From the human T2T-CHM13v2.0 reference genome, Homo sapiens: a stretch of DNA of 64,000 bases. The stretch lies in the NCBI RefSeq assembly GCF_009914755.1, contig NC_060926.1, one strand, 5' to 3'. Below the pieces are notes generated by a model. That model was not told the DNA's origin. It ran no database searches and worked only from the letters and a program-made list of their open reading frames with translations. The first letter of the stretch is position 1; each line of letters opens with the position of its first letter. Positions 32,251 through 46,575 of the stretch are shown piece after piece. The position numbers and the translations under genes are program-made.

Positions 32251-32533
32251 CATCATCCTCAGCGAACTAACACTAGAACAGAAAACCAAACACCGCATGT
32301 TCTCACTCATAAGAGGCAGATGAACAATGAGAATACATGCACACAGGGAGGGAAACATCACACACACTGTTGGGGGATGGGGGCTTGGGGAGGCATAGCG
32401 TTAGGAGAAATACCTAATGTAGAGGACGGGCTGATCGGTGCAGCAAACCACCATGGCACGTGTATACCTATGTAACAAAACTGCACGTTCTGCACATGTA
32501 CCCCAGAACTTAAAGTATAATAAAAAAAATAAA
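32251..32533 (+). mobile_element. Short 5'-truncated primate L1 3' end (L1PA7-like)
   Basis: L1PA 3'UTR sequence (...cagaacttaaagtataataaaaaaa). Confidence 0.88.
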
Positions 32534-34641
32534 CATTTATCATTCTAATAAATATATCTCATTAACTTTTGATGGCTTCGGCCCATGTTTTGTAAGAAAG
32601 TTAATCAGGCATAGTGCTAAATTTCTGGATTTGGAAGTGAATAACATGACAAAGTGGTCTGACTTTGTCAAGGTCCCAAGCCATGGTCACTAGAATTGTT
32701 CAGACTAGAAATAAGTTATAGTTTCATTGTGGAAGTGTTTAGCAGAATTTGGGCACATAGAAAGTTGACTCTTTCCAATTCCTTGATTTTCACCCTTCGG
32801 ACATAATCCGTAAGCTGGAGAAATTGGGCTTGATGTTGCTTATTAATTAAACCAAGATAATACTACTGCATGTACTCCCATTGTTTGGTAGTAGATTGCA
32901 GTTTCATAGTTCAACAGCGTGGGATATATATGAAATATAGTATGATCTTAGTTTTGAAATATACATGCCACTTTCCATACCCAAAATAATCATGTCAGGA
33001 ATTGAGATTCCTCAATATATTTACCTACCAAACACACTTCACCTTCAACTTAGCCGATTTATTCAGCTGTCACTTTCATAATCAAACATCTCCCCTGCCC
33101 CTACAGAAATTCACATTTCCAAATAGCATTTTTTTCATCACTCAACCTGAAAACAGACACAAGTATAAAATAACTACGTAGAAAAACAGTCTATTTTTAT
33201 ACTAGGCTAGTCATTACTAGATGATATAAAACAATTTGTACACAATGCAACTTACACATTGTAAACATAATTTATTTCATCTGATTACCTCTTTAAGGAA
33301 AATAATTTTGACATATTCTGGTACTAGATGAATGTCTTCAGACAGCGTCTTTGGATTACAGTTTTATTGTCTGTCTTGCTGAGGATATTAATTGAAAATT
33401 TTAAAGTGAATGCCTATGTTAAAAATCAAAGTACTACAGCATATTAATCCTGATTCTCACATCTCTTCTCAAATTGTTCCTAAAATTTTTCCAATGTATT
33501 GGATGTATGATTTACATATTAAGTGAACATAATACTTGCATATAGGGTTCAAGTTTTGACCAATGTTAACTCAGATGTATATCAAGGTAGAGAAATTTTC
33601 CTTCATCCCATGAAGTTTCCTTGCAAACTTTTGCTGTCAAATTTTACTTCAACTCCATTCCAGGCAAGCACTGATCTGATTTCCAGAACTATAGATTAAT
33701 TTTTGCTGCTGCCAGAATTCTATGCATTATACAGTATGTGCATTTTGTTTCCATCATGGAAACTGTTCTGCATAAAGTTTTTGAAAACACTTATGCTGTC
33801 CGTATAAGTAGTTTGTTGGTTTTATTGCTGAATGTATTCCATTGTTTTATTTTCTATTTCCTTGGTGATGAATAATGTTGATATAGTTTTCAAATGTGTT
33901 CGGTTATTTCTACTTAACTGTTGTGAGATATCTGTTATAGGTTTCCACTGGTTTTATTGGGTTGTTTGTTCTCTTAATATTGAGTTTTTAGAGCTCTTTC
34001 ATAAATGATGAAAACTTAAATGATCTGAGGAGAAAACAGAATATAGGAGTTCTTTTTATATTTGTGATAAAAGTATTTGATCAATATTTTTATTGCAAAT
34101 ATGTTTTTCTAGCTGTGTGTTGTTTCATTGTCTTCCTGTTATATTTTGGAGAACAAAACTTTTCATTTGCATTAAGTCCAATTCATCAGTATTACCTTTT
34201 ATAAATGAGTGTATTTTGTGTATGTGTATGTGCACTGTACAAAAATACTTGCTGTCTTGTGAAGATAATCTTGAAGACATTCCATGTGGTTTTTTTTAGA
34301 AATTTTAGAACTCTAGATTTGACATTTATATTTATAAACAACTATTGGTATGTGACATGAGGTAGGGACAATATGTTTAATATTGATATTCAGTTTGGTG
34401 AAAAAAAAATTTCTCTAATTAATTACTGTACTGTCTTAGAAAAATTAAATAATATTGTAGGTATGTGTGTATTTTCTATTTCTGGGCTCTATACATTTCC
34501 ATTGATTTATTTGTCATTTTTTAGATGCCTATTTCCTTGATTAATAGTCTTGAAATCCAGTAGTTTATGCTCTTCGAGTTAATTTATTTCTTCTCTCTCT
34601 TTCTCTCTCTTTTCAAGATCATTTGCATTACTATGTAAGTT

Positions 34642-34995
34642 TGTTCCAAGGTGAGCAGGTTTATGCAAACCTATCCCCAAAGGCTGAGGAAAGTGAGAGG
34701 CCAATGAAGAGACTGACAAATCTAGTTTATCAGAAACATTTTAACAGGAAATTACAAACAAAATCCATATCTTGGGCAGCCACTAGATGAGATGGCAGAT
34801 CCCCCTCACCATTGTCCTCCAGACTCAGCGATTATAGGTCATAAGTAAAGGGAGTGAGTGCTTTTGAAGGAATTCGTAAGACAACTTTTGTATGAAGTGA
34901 TTTGCTTAAGGGTAGGATTTATGGTAAGCACATATGTCAATGGTAAGTGTATATGGCAGATTAGCATCCAAGATGGAGTTGCTTTAGTCTCCACA
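34642..34995 (-). mobile_element. ERVL solo LTR, LTR47-like, nested in the old L1
   Basis: Minus strand starts tgtggagactaaagcaactccatcttggatgc; TG...CA ends; 5-bp TSD aagtt/cagtt. Confidence 0.75.
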
Positions 34996-36219
34996 CAGTT
35001 TTAGAATCATCTTATCACTTACTACCAAAATATGCTGGGCTTTTGGATTAGGGTTGTGGTGATTCTATAGCTAAATTTGGAGAACATCTTAAAAATATAC
35101 CTTTTTCCAATCTATTAGCATGGTAGTTTTCCACATTTCTTTCTTTAAATTTTCTTTGTTTGTCAGCATACTTTGAAACTTTTGATGCTGTAGTAAATAT
35201 TACTATAAAGTATTCTTGCACCATTTTGTTACTACTTTATTGACATCATAAAGTCTTTTTGTATTAAGTCATTAATTTTAGTAGTTTTTTTTGTAGAATC
35301 CATATAATTTTTCCAGGCAAAAAAATAATAATCTCTGCAAATAAAGACATTTTTACACCATTCTTTTTAGGTTTTATGCCCTCTATTGTTTTTATAACCA
35401 TATTATTGGCTAGGAATTCAGTACACTATTGAATAAAAGTGGTGAGAACAATCATTTTTGAATTGTTGCCAATTTTAGAAACCATTGAGTCTTTGGCTAT
35501 TAACTATAAGTTACTTTTAGGTTTTCAGAAGTCCATTATAAGTTTGAGGAAGTTTACATTTCTAGTTTTCTGAAAGTTATTTTCATGAATGCATAGCGTA
35601 TTTATTCAAATGTAAAATAAATTGGAAAATGTTCCCTTTACCGAAAGAGTTTATCTAAGATTGGTATGATTACTTCCTCAGAAAATTTTCATAGAATGCA
35701 TCAATGTAACCATTTGGGCCTAAAATTTTATTTTGCCAGATGTATTTTGATTATGAATTCAATTAATTGAATTAAATGAAATGGAATTGAAGAGTTAAAT
35801 AGCTCTTCAATTTTTTCTGTTTCTATTTGAGTCATTTTTGATGAATTGTTTCAAACTAACATCCATGTTATCAAGTTTATTGGCAGGAAGTTGTTGATAA
35901 TATTCTCTTATTATATGTAATTTCTGATTGATTTGCAGTAATACACAGTGTTGGTTCCTGATATTTGTAATATATGTATTGTCTCTCTCTTTTTTATTTC
36001 CCAAGTCTAGGATGGTTTATTAATTTTATTAATGTCCTTAAAAAAATAAACTTTTGTCTTTCGTAAATTTCTCAATTGTCTTTTTTCTATTTCTTTGATT
36101 TATATTTTGATCTTTTTGTTACTTCCTCTTCAAGAAACACTACTGTTGATCTCATTTATGTGCTATCTCTTTTTCTCTGGATCTTTCAATATTTTCTCCT
36201 TATATTTATATATGCCTAG

Positions 36220-36222
<3 letters not shown>

Positions 36223-36258
<36 letters not shown>
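36223..36258. repeat. (TG)18 microsatellite
   Basis: Direct reading. Confidence 0.95.
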
Positions 36259-36259
<1 letters not shown>

Positions 36260-37781
36260 ATGCATGCATTTAGATTTATCCAGCTTTGAGTGAATTTTTA
36301 CTTTGAGTGTGTTTGTACTGTGTTGTTTCATTGTTTTTAAAATTTGTTAAGTTCAGGCTTTCTCAACTTCTTACATCCATGTCAATGTTTTTCATAAAAT
36401 TTGAAAAAATTTTCTTTTCATATTTTCAAATAATGTTTTCTCTCATTGTCAATCTTTTTGTTCAAGCCTTTTTCTTTCTATTCTTCATATTACATATTTT
36501 TAATTAATTTGTTATCAAGGTTATTGACTCTCTTCTGCCATTTTCAATTCACTATTAAGTCAACCAGTGAAGTTTTCATTTTAGTTATTGTAGTTTTTAA
36601 TTCTAGAATTTAACTTATTTTCTTATTGTTTTACTGTCTTCTTAGAGTTCCTAAATATGTATTCATTATGACCATTTTATTCTTTAATTATTTGAATATA
36701 AATTATTTTTTCTCTTCCTTGGCTATGAATCCCGTTTTTCTGTTTCTTTGCCTGCTTGGTAATTTTTTTGCACTGGATATTTTTCATTATATGTTAGTAA
36801 GATTAGGAATTTTTATTTTCTTTTCAAAAATATGGATTTTTGTTCTTAGTAAGTACTTCAATGGCTACTTGAACTTTTGTAGGCTTGGTTTTATAAATTA
36901 GGTTATGGCATATCCAAGATGCTTCCCAAACATCTCAATCTCTAAACTTGATCTCTCAGTTTTAAGATTTGTTAAGTTGATTCTAAAGTAAGACTTACTA
37001 ATGTGTCCTTATTATAATGTAAGACATTTCTAGTGTTTTGACTGGTTTCTCGGGGTGTTAATGATGTGTTAATTTTATGTCTATATTCTGGATAGACTGG
37101 AGTTCCCACTCTTTCCTATATTGCTTGATCTCTAGTGTTCCTGTCCTGCTTTCAAACCTGTAGTAACCAGTCTCTTGTAAGCTATTTATACTCACCCATG
37201 CTTATATACTGTGCAGTCCTCAATCAAGAGCACATAGTGAACCTCAACACAGAGCTATGGGTCTCTGCTCCATGCAGTTCCTTCTCCAGTTCTATGTTCC
37301 CTACATTCCAACTGATTTACCTACTCTGAGTTGAGATATGTGCCACCTCCACTTCATAATATTGCCACACTCAGATTGGACGTTAGCCACCTAAACCACA
37401 AATGTGCCAGGACCAACTGATGCTCACTTTATCAGTTTTCATCCTCTCATCATGGCAGAATTTCTTCACTTGTTTCATAGTGCCTAAAAACAATTGTCTT
37501 ATATTTTTTGTCCACTTTGAAGACTTTCCAAGGCAAGAAGGCGAATTCGGTGTCAGTCACTCTATTACAGCTGGAGCAGAAATCTCATGTCATGTAAATT
37601 CTCTATTTCCATAAAATTACCTCATTCCCTGCCTCCTACAATTCATATCCCAAAATATATTTTTTAAATTCCAACAGTTTTTATTAAGTCCCTATGAATA
37701 GGCCAGTAAAATAAAAGTTTACATTTTTCTCTTTGGAATACTCCTCTTTGTTGTGTGAAAAGGGATTGAAAGTAAATGAAC

Positions 37782-39214
37782 TTTTCTTTTTTTTATTATT
37801 ATTATACTTTAAGTTTTAGGGTACACGTGCACAACGTGCAGGTTAGTTACATATGTATACATGTGCCACGTTGGTGTGCTGCACCCAGTAACTCGTCATT
37901 TAACATTAGGTATATCTCCTAATGCTATCCCTCCCCACTCCTCCCACCCCACAGCAGGCCCTGGTGTGTGATGTTCCCCTTCCTGTGTCCATGTGTTCTC
38001 ATTGTTCAATTCCCACCTATGAGTGAGAACATGAGGTGTTTGTTTTTTGTTTTTGTTTTTTTTTTGTCCTTGCGATAGTTTGCTGAGAATGATGGTTTCC
38101 AGCTTCATCCATGTCCCTACAAAGGACATGAACTCATCCTTTTTTATGGCTGCATAGTATTCCATGGTGTATTTGTGCCACATTTTCTTAATCCAGTCTA
38201 TCATTGTTGGACATTTGGGTTGGTTCCAAGTCTTTGCTATTGTGAATAGTGCCGCAATAAACATACATGTGCATGTGTCTTTATAGCAGCATGATTTATA
38301 ATCCTTTGGGTATATACCCAGTCATGGGATGGCTGGGTCAAATGGTATTTCTAGTTCTAGATCCCTGAGGATTCGCCACACTGACTTCCACAATGGTTGA
38401 ACTAGTTTACAGTCCCACCAACAGTGTAAAAGTGTTCCTATTTCTCCACATCCTCTCCAGCACCTGTTGTTTCCTGACTTTTTAATGATCACCATTCTAA
38501 CTGGTGTGAGATGGTATTTCATTGTGGTTTTGGTTTGCATTTCTCTGATGGCCAGTGATGATAAGCATTTTTTCATGTGTCTGTTGGCTGCATAAATGTC
38601 TTCTTTTGAGAAGTGTCTGTTTATATGATTCGCCCACTTTTTGATGGGGTTGTTTGTCTTTTTCTTGTAAATTTGTTTGAGTTCATTGTAGATTCTGGAT
38701 ATTAGCCCTTTGTCAGATGAGTAGATTGCAAAAATTTTCTCCCATTTTGTAGGTTGCCTGTTCACTCTGATGGTAGTTTCTTTTGCTGTGAAGAAGCTCT
38801 TTAGTTTAATGAGATCCCATTTGTCAATTTTGGCTTTTGTTGCCATTGCTTTTGGTGTTTTAGATATGAAGTCCTTGCCCATGCCTATGTCCTGAATGGT
38901 ATTGCCTAGGTTTCCTTCTAGGGTTTTTATGGTTTTAGGTCTAACATTTAAGTCTTTAATCCATCTTGAATTAATTTTTGTATAAGGTGTAAGGAAGTGA
39001 TCCAGTTTCAGATTTCTACATATGGCTAGCCAGTTTTCCCAGCACCATTTATTAAACAGGGAATCCTTTCCCCATTTCTTGTTTTTGTCAGGTTTGTCAA
39101 AGATCAGATGGTTGTAGATGTCTGTTATTATTTCTGAGGACTCTGTTCTGTTCCATTGGTCTATATCTCTGTTTTGGTACCAGTACCATGCTGTTTTGGT
39201 TACTGTAGCCTTGT
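37782..39214 (-). mobile_element. 5'-truncated primate L1 (L1PA4-6 age)
   Basis: L1PA 3'UTR plus ORF2 C-terminus close to consensus. Confidence 0.95.
38322..39214 (-). pseudogene. L1 ORF2p C-terminal remnant, about 296 open codons including the CCHC motif
   Basis: ORF track 38322..39248 contains [17 protein letters not shown] and [18 protein letters not shown]; lacks endonuclease and RT domains. Confidence 0.9.
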
Positions 39215-40064
39215 GAGACTGGTTTCTCATCTGTAGATTGAGGCTCAAAATTTTTACATTACAGTTTCTATCTGTAAATTAAATTATGCATACATGATAC
39301 ATATTCTCATATTAAAATATAAAACAATAATATACCAGACACACATTAGGGATTCCATTAAATTAACTCTTTAGCGACATAGTGCTGGGCCATGGGCCAT
39401 GGGATCCTTTGAGATTTGTTCTATTCCCCAGAATAATCGTCCTTAATGATTATTTTATAATGTTTACAGTTTACTAAGTATAATAAATACTGCTACAACA
39501 TTTATAAAACTATTTTATGGCATAAGTATTGTTTTACTCACTTTAAAAATAATAGAATGGATGTTCAAAGCTTGCAAAATTTTCCAAAAATTTTATACCA
39601 AATAAATAGTTGCATAATACCCAAACTAATTTCCCTAGATTACCAATAGCTTTTCTACCCCTTCATTCAGACATGAAATGAAATAAAAGAAAGGTAAAAT
39701 TATTAAACAGTTTCAAACACAAAATACCTGGTTTACTTTCAGGTAGAATTATAAACATAAATATTTTTATGACTATAATGTGACATTTCCTCTTACTTTA
39801 GAGTAGAATAAAAAATACAACCTTCCCCAGCTGAACTAGTGAAGTTAAATGCATGTCAATACTGTCCTCCTAGCTGAAACAAACAAACAAAAATCAGAAA
39901 ATGAGAAGAAAAAAAAATACAGAAGAAGAAGGTCTGCTATTCAATGACTGTAGGATTCCTGAAAATAAATTTTAAAGAATCCAGAATAAACATGATAAGC
40001 ATTTTACTCTATAGTGTCACTAAATCCAGATCATTTTAGCAACACTGGAGCCTAAGAAAGTTGT

Positions 40065-40067
<3 letters not shown>

Positions 40068-40109
<42 letters not shown>
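40068..40109. repeat. (AT)21 microsatellite
   Basis: Direct reading; uninterrupted. Confidence 0.95.
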
Positions 40110-40114
<5 letters not shown>

Positions 40115-40469
40115 AGGAGAACTTCCTCAAGTCTGTAGTCACACTGTGACAATGGAGTGACTAAGGCCACCTGATTTTGCTTTTGAAAACCAACTCAAAT
40201 TGTCCAATTATGCAATACAAAGTTTGGAGTCAAGGTGTTCACATAGTATAATTTTACCTAAATTCTGATTCAGCTTCCTACTGTTTAATACAAAATATAA
40301 TATAAATTTCCTAAGTGGTTAACATGTAAAATAGAAATAAAGGACTTATCAACTAATTGGGTAGTGTTAAAGTACTCATGCAATTTTGAGCAAACTGCTC
40401 AAATTTTATAACAGAATTTGATAAGCCTGAGCACTTACTGGAAATAGGTAGGAATTAAGGAGCTACTGC

Positions 40470-40735
40470 AAAATTTTAGATGCTATATTATTAGGGTTAT
40501 ATTTTTAAGGCATTTTAAATTTATTGATATACATACTGAAACACTTAGAAATAAAATTATATGATGTCGAGAATTTGCTTCAATGTAAGCAGTGGCAGGG
40601 ATAGGGAGTGAGGGTGGTGAAGATGAAACATGAACTGATAATTTTTGAAGTTGAATTATTGATCCAGAGCTGTTTATTGCATTATTTTTTCTTTTTGCAA
40701 GTTTGATATTTTCAGTAATAAAAAGTTATAAAATT
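40470..40735 (+). mobile_element. Old L1M 3' end (L1MC/L1ME-type)
   Basis: atacatactgaa...tatatgatgtc..gaatttgcttcaa...aataaaaagtt. Confidence 0.55.
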
Positions 40736-42319
40736 ATAAATGACAGTTTATATCCTCTCTATAGGTACTTTCCCTAAAAACTTAGAGATATATTCTTATT
40801 GTGAAATGAATACGAAGTATAAAGTAAGATGTATCTAAGAATATATAGGATAGGTAGTAACAAAAGCATAATTAAAACCAAGCACATCAGGAACATTCAT
40901 ATATCTAAGGCAAAAGAAAGATAAAATGGAATAAATGCAATTTTAAAAAGCTGGATAAAAGGAAAAAATTAAACTAAAATAGGTATAAGCAAACATACTA
41001 ATGGTTCGGAGTAGAATACAGAAGAATATTATTCTGCTAAACTCCCACTGAGGCCATTTGGTTGCATCTCAAAATCATGAAATCCAGACTGATGAGATCA
41101 TTTACTCATTGAGGCAGGTTGCAGGTGGCAGGGAAGGCAGGGTTAGTTTACCCATAATAGGCTCATTTTTGGACAAGGTAGGTGGTAAAAATCAAGTTTC
41201 CTGTTGGAGCGAGCTTTTATCCATTTTCTGACAATCACTATTACAATGGTTCTCTTTCTTTCTTTTAATCTCTCATGTACCATTATTCCATGTACCTTTG
41301 GCATTCATGTTTCCAGATATCTTCCACCCATTGAGTGTTGATATTTTGATTATTTCTTGTTTCTATGTATTTTGCCAAACATTGACTTTAATTATCTTTG
41401 CTGAATCTAATTTTCTTAAAGTGCTTATTTTTAACTACATGAGATGATTACGTATTATTTATCTGTCTTTGCTAGTTTTCACGTCTTCCTATTTGCTGTA
41501 TTTATATTGTTATATAACTTTGCCCTTCAGAAAATAAAAATGTACTTGGTAATGCTTTTATTTTCGTAAATTGTTGCCAAATCCCATTGGGTTTGAGGTT
41601 GACTTGTTCAAAGGAATAAGTAATAATGTGGAAAATTATTCCTCATTGTGTCAGACAAATAGTGCTTTTTATCAATCATTGCACAAAACATTACTAGTAT
41701 TAAATAAATCTGACAGTTGTGGTTCTCTAGATAATTTTCCAGTCTGAATTACACAATGTAAACATTCGCTGACACCATTGACTGTGCTTTAATTTGTAGA
41801 CTTTGTGAAAAAAAATATATGAAGTCATTGTAACTGTTTTTTAAAGACTGGAGTTTCAGATATTTTAATAGTAATATATTCCTATGTAAAATTTTAGCAT
41901 GCAGTTAAAAAGCCATGAGTATTTTTAAGCTAAGCCGATTTAAAATATTAAAGTATCAGATTTATCTCAAAGTGCTCATATTTACTCAATTTTTTTAACT
42001 GACAGAGGTGGACTTTAGGCACCCTGAACCCTAAATATTGGATCTGAAAAAATACACATGCCTCAACAAGTAAACAAAACTGTATAAGAATTGATACTGA
42101 ACGTAAAAACTTTGAAAATTCAACTACATTTAATATTAGTGACCTGTTTCATCCTTTATTTACTTGAAATTAATGTCAGACATAGCATGCAATATGCAGC
42201 TCAACAGAATTCTATCATAACCAGGAAAGAATGAGCACAAAATCTGACTCAAGAACATTTGTTTTTCCTTGTCTGCATACTCTTGGTTTTATAATGTATA
42301 AGATTAAATTTGAGTAAAA

Positions 42320-42580
42320 CCATCAGAGATAGCCCACGATTAAGAGATCAGGCATTGGAGACAAATTAGAGTCTGTATATTCTTTTTTTCAGTATAATAT
42401 TGTGTGACTTTGAACTATTTTCTCAATTTCTCTAAAATTCAGTGTTCACATATTTAATATACAAATAATAATAATGCGTAACAGATATACGTTTTTGAGG
42501 AATTATAAATCAAAATCTATCAAAATAGTGTCTGATTACATGTGAACATGTAATACTTGCTAGTAATTGTTATCATTATC
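42320..42580 (+). mobile_element. Degenerate MIR
   Basis: tgtgtgactttgaac...ctctaaaattcagtgttcacat MIR core. Confidence 0.55.
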
Positions 42581-43633
42581 ATGTATACTAATACCCTAAA
42601 GAACCTTAAGTTATTAGTTAAAATTCCATGTGTGGCTATGTTGATGCTATAGCCATATACTAGAGACAGTGTTTTCTTAAGCTCCCAATAAAATTATTTT
42701 CTTGCACCTTATGAAACATTCATACCACACATTCACAGTCCAAGGAAGTTCTACTAGGAAAAAATTTTAAAGAATTATATAATAAGAGAGTTTTAAAAGC
42801 TATTCAAGTCTATTTTGGTATTCTCACTTGTGAAGGTCTCCTCTGTTCCCAGAGTGGAAAACTCTTGGAGAAGTGACAACACAGGAAAATGTATCCTTTC
42901 CACTGCACTTAAAATATAATTCTCTGAGATGTGCAAAAAGACCAAAAAAGATTAGATGACTGGAAATATTCACTACCTCCTGGTGATAAAAATTTTTTTT
43001 ATTAATTAATAAAAGAAATACACATTAGTCTGGTGATGAGCTGCAAATATCTTCAAATTCTGGGACTAATTTCCCATTAGAACCTTAAGATGAAGAAAGT
43101 CTCAAAAGTACTCTGGTATTAGTGAAATGCAGCAGTAAATGTAAAGCTTTCATATTATTTTATTAACTTCCCTTTTGTTTCAATCTTTACCCTTCTTCTG
43201 TAAATATAAGTTTTTTCACTAGCTCATTGAGTATTCTTATTTGCCATTAGTAGGGGTGGAATGGAGCACATTATCACCTTTCCAAATTTGCTGAAGAAAA
43301 CATTGTAAATAAAAGAAAAAAACATGAAGAAATATTTTCTAGAATGGGTGTAAGACAAGATAACTTGACATTAGGTAAATAGTAGTAAATATTTTTGTTT
43401 GATGAGAACAAAAACAAAAAAAGCTATAAAATATAATAAAACTCTATTTATGAAATATTCCAGCAGGGTATCCATTGATTGTGTATTTTATCCTTTGTTA
43501 GATAAAACAAAAGGATTCAGATTAAAAGAAAAAAAATTGGATATTTTAATTAGTCATTATAATGTATTTCTCAGCCTGCTATGTGGAGGTTGCATAACTG
43601 AATAAGAAGTAAGTATGGATAGTTATTTATAAT

Positions 43634-43938
<305 letters not shown>

Positions 43939-46429
43939 TTTATTATTTGATAGGGATATTTATGATATGTAAATTAAAGACAGCAAAAAAACTCCTAATA
44001 GAGAAATTTCTCTACTTGGTAAGAAGAAGAGTAACTTGAGGCAGGATAGTCTGATATGAAAATGTATCTGATTTTTTGGTGAGTGAAAAAGAAGAAAAGA
44101 TTTAAAACAGAGTACATTCATGAAGGTAATGTTTGCTATGTGCCCACATGATAGGGCAGTCTAATCGAGTGATGATAATTGTAAAAGGTATTTAAATATC
44201 CTAAACATTGAAGAAAACATTTGGAACATAACTGAAGAATCAATGTTTTACATATGCATTTGTGAGTTTTATGTGTATAATTTATGATTACAAATTTTCT
44301 TGTACAATAAGAAATAAACCATATCCTGAGATTACAGCTTCAACAGATGGAAAGTGTACAAACAGCCCTTGAGGGTGTTTCTATACAGATAGAGGTGAGG
44401 TATCCTCTAATTACCTATTTCAGTTACTTCCAAAGCACACTTGGCCAGAAACTTTCACACATTAGAATTTTACAGATAATTTTTCTTTAAAATGAAAAAT
44501 TCTCACCATACAGTACACCTATATAACTGAATTTTAAAGAACAAATAAATATTGTTTCTTATACTTCAAAGCTTTATTAAAACATATTAAAAGGAAATAT
44601 ATAGTTAAGATATAATTATCTTGGCTTTTTGCAGTATCCTGTTGAGAATCAGATGATAAATACTCATACATAGTCATTTCTCTATCACTGCAAAATATCA
44701 TCTATTACCAACATTAACCATTCAATCGTTAGTCATAATAGCAGTGCTCTCATTTGAAGTGATCAATTGCTAATGATTTAAAAATTCAGAAACTCTGGGC
44801 TTCTTCTAATTATTAAGAAAATTATTGCATTCTGATGAAATGTAATGCACAGGTGTAAACTTAGAACATCATTCCGTAGAAATAATGTTTCTAAAGTAAC
44901 TTGCTATTTAAATACTAATAATATGATAAGAAAAGATTTAAATATTGTCATATAAGTGTTAAGTGTTTTTCCATAAATGTGTACTGACAAATATTATAAA
45001 GAAATTTTAATTTAGGAAATGTAATAAATCATATGCTTATGATTAATGCATAAATGATAATGATAATCAATGATAATGATTAATGTATAAATGATAAGCA
45101 TAAAAATATCAAAGCATGAAACAAATTCAGTTAAGATGGTCATTTTTATTACCTTAGTAATAGTAGAATTTGTAAATTTTTATATCACCTTCAGAATACT
45201 TTTTGCCAGAACATATTACTTTTGGAAAAATGTTTTTCTTTTACATTACTCTTTTCTGTCAAATACCTGGGAAATAGCTCTGTAAGTTTATTTAGAACAG
45301 AGTATATTTTGTTCATTTTTGTCCCTCTCAAAGCACCATAGATAAGATATTACAAACAAATGTTAAGTGATCCTTGTGTAATTGAATACATTTTCATTCA
45401 GTAAACATTTCTTTGGTGACTATACATAGCAGACACTGAAGATACAGAGATAAAAGGTAGCCATATCTCTCTAGAGCTGACAGTTAACTAATGATTAGAA
45501 TTTCAGATATTCATTTTAATGAAATATAATTTTAAGTCATATAGATTTGTAGGCCATGTCATTTCTTAGCCCGGGGTTATCTTTTCAATATTTTCTATCA
45601 ATTATCTGCTCTTTTTTCTCATTCTAAATTCTTAGACAATTTACTAGAATTCTTGATTTCAGCCTCCATCTGTTTAAAGATAACTCTCCACTCTTACAAA
45701 TTTTACATCCTCTAAAATTAGGTAATATGTATAATGAAATACGCACAGTGCTGGAGATACATCTTGTTAGTTCTTTCTTCCTATTTCTTCACCAAAGGCC
45801 TAACTAGCTAAAATTTTGGATTTGTCTAATTCTTCAATGCTAATATCTTATATTTTACCCACTTAAGATTGCTCTGCATTTCAACACTGGGTACAATAAT
45901 TGAGAAGGCCACAAACCTATCTTCTCTCCTAGGAGAATCTATAAAAATTCTCTTAGCTTAAACTTTGGTATACATGCCAGCTGACAAAGGTGAGGTAAAA
46001 CTGTTCTTAATGTCTCTGAGGAATATCCACTAATAATATTGTTGCTGAACTCTGAAGAAATAAAACTTCTGTAAAAAAAAAAAGATTAATGCATCTTTAT
46101 AAAGAACTGGCCAATTATCAGAGATTTAGTGTTACTTTTAGGTAAGGCATTTAAGAATTTCTAGACAAACTTTAATGTACCATTATCAAGTGTCAAACTA
46201 GGTATTAACTAATAAAGAGTTGTTAAACCAGAGTTGAACACTGAGCTTTCCTAGTGATATGATAAACAAAATTTTGTAGTATTAAAAATGATTTAGGTAA
46301 TTTTGCCAAAAAGCAGTCATGTGGTAATTTACAACTTAAACTTGAAGCATACATAGTGATGTAGCAAGTAAAGAAAATGGACAACAGAGAAATATTCTTG
46401 ATTTGTCCTTTACAGATGCTGTGCTAATA

Positions 46430-46575
46430 CATTCTCACAGGGATTTGATGAGTTAAATATTATTCAGGATTTACAGGTGAAGAAAATAAGTGTCATAAAG
46501 AGTAAGCAATTTCTCCAAATCACACAGCTAGTAAAAGTTATAACCTGAATGAAAACCAAGGCCTGCCTGATTCTA
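46430..46575 (-). mobile_element. Degenerate MIR
   Basis: tttacaggtgaagaaaataag...aaatcacacagctagtaa. Confidence 0.65.

Larger units (their letters stand above)
33500..37580 (-). mobile_element. Highly degenerate old L1M (L1MD/ME-type), fragmented
   Basis: T-rich, with L1 ORF2 antisense motifs (tctctgcaaataaagac, cagtacactattgaataaaagtggtgag); boundaries approximate. Confidence 0.65.

Noticed and set aside
37896-39248. 308-aa and 122-aa ORFs as a functional gene
   Set aside because: They are the C-terminus of L1 ORF2 in a 5'-truncated copy, split by a stop, with no promoter, endonuclease or RT
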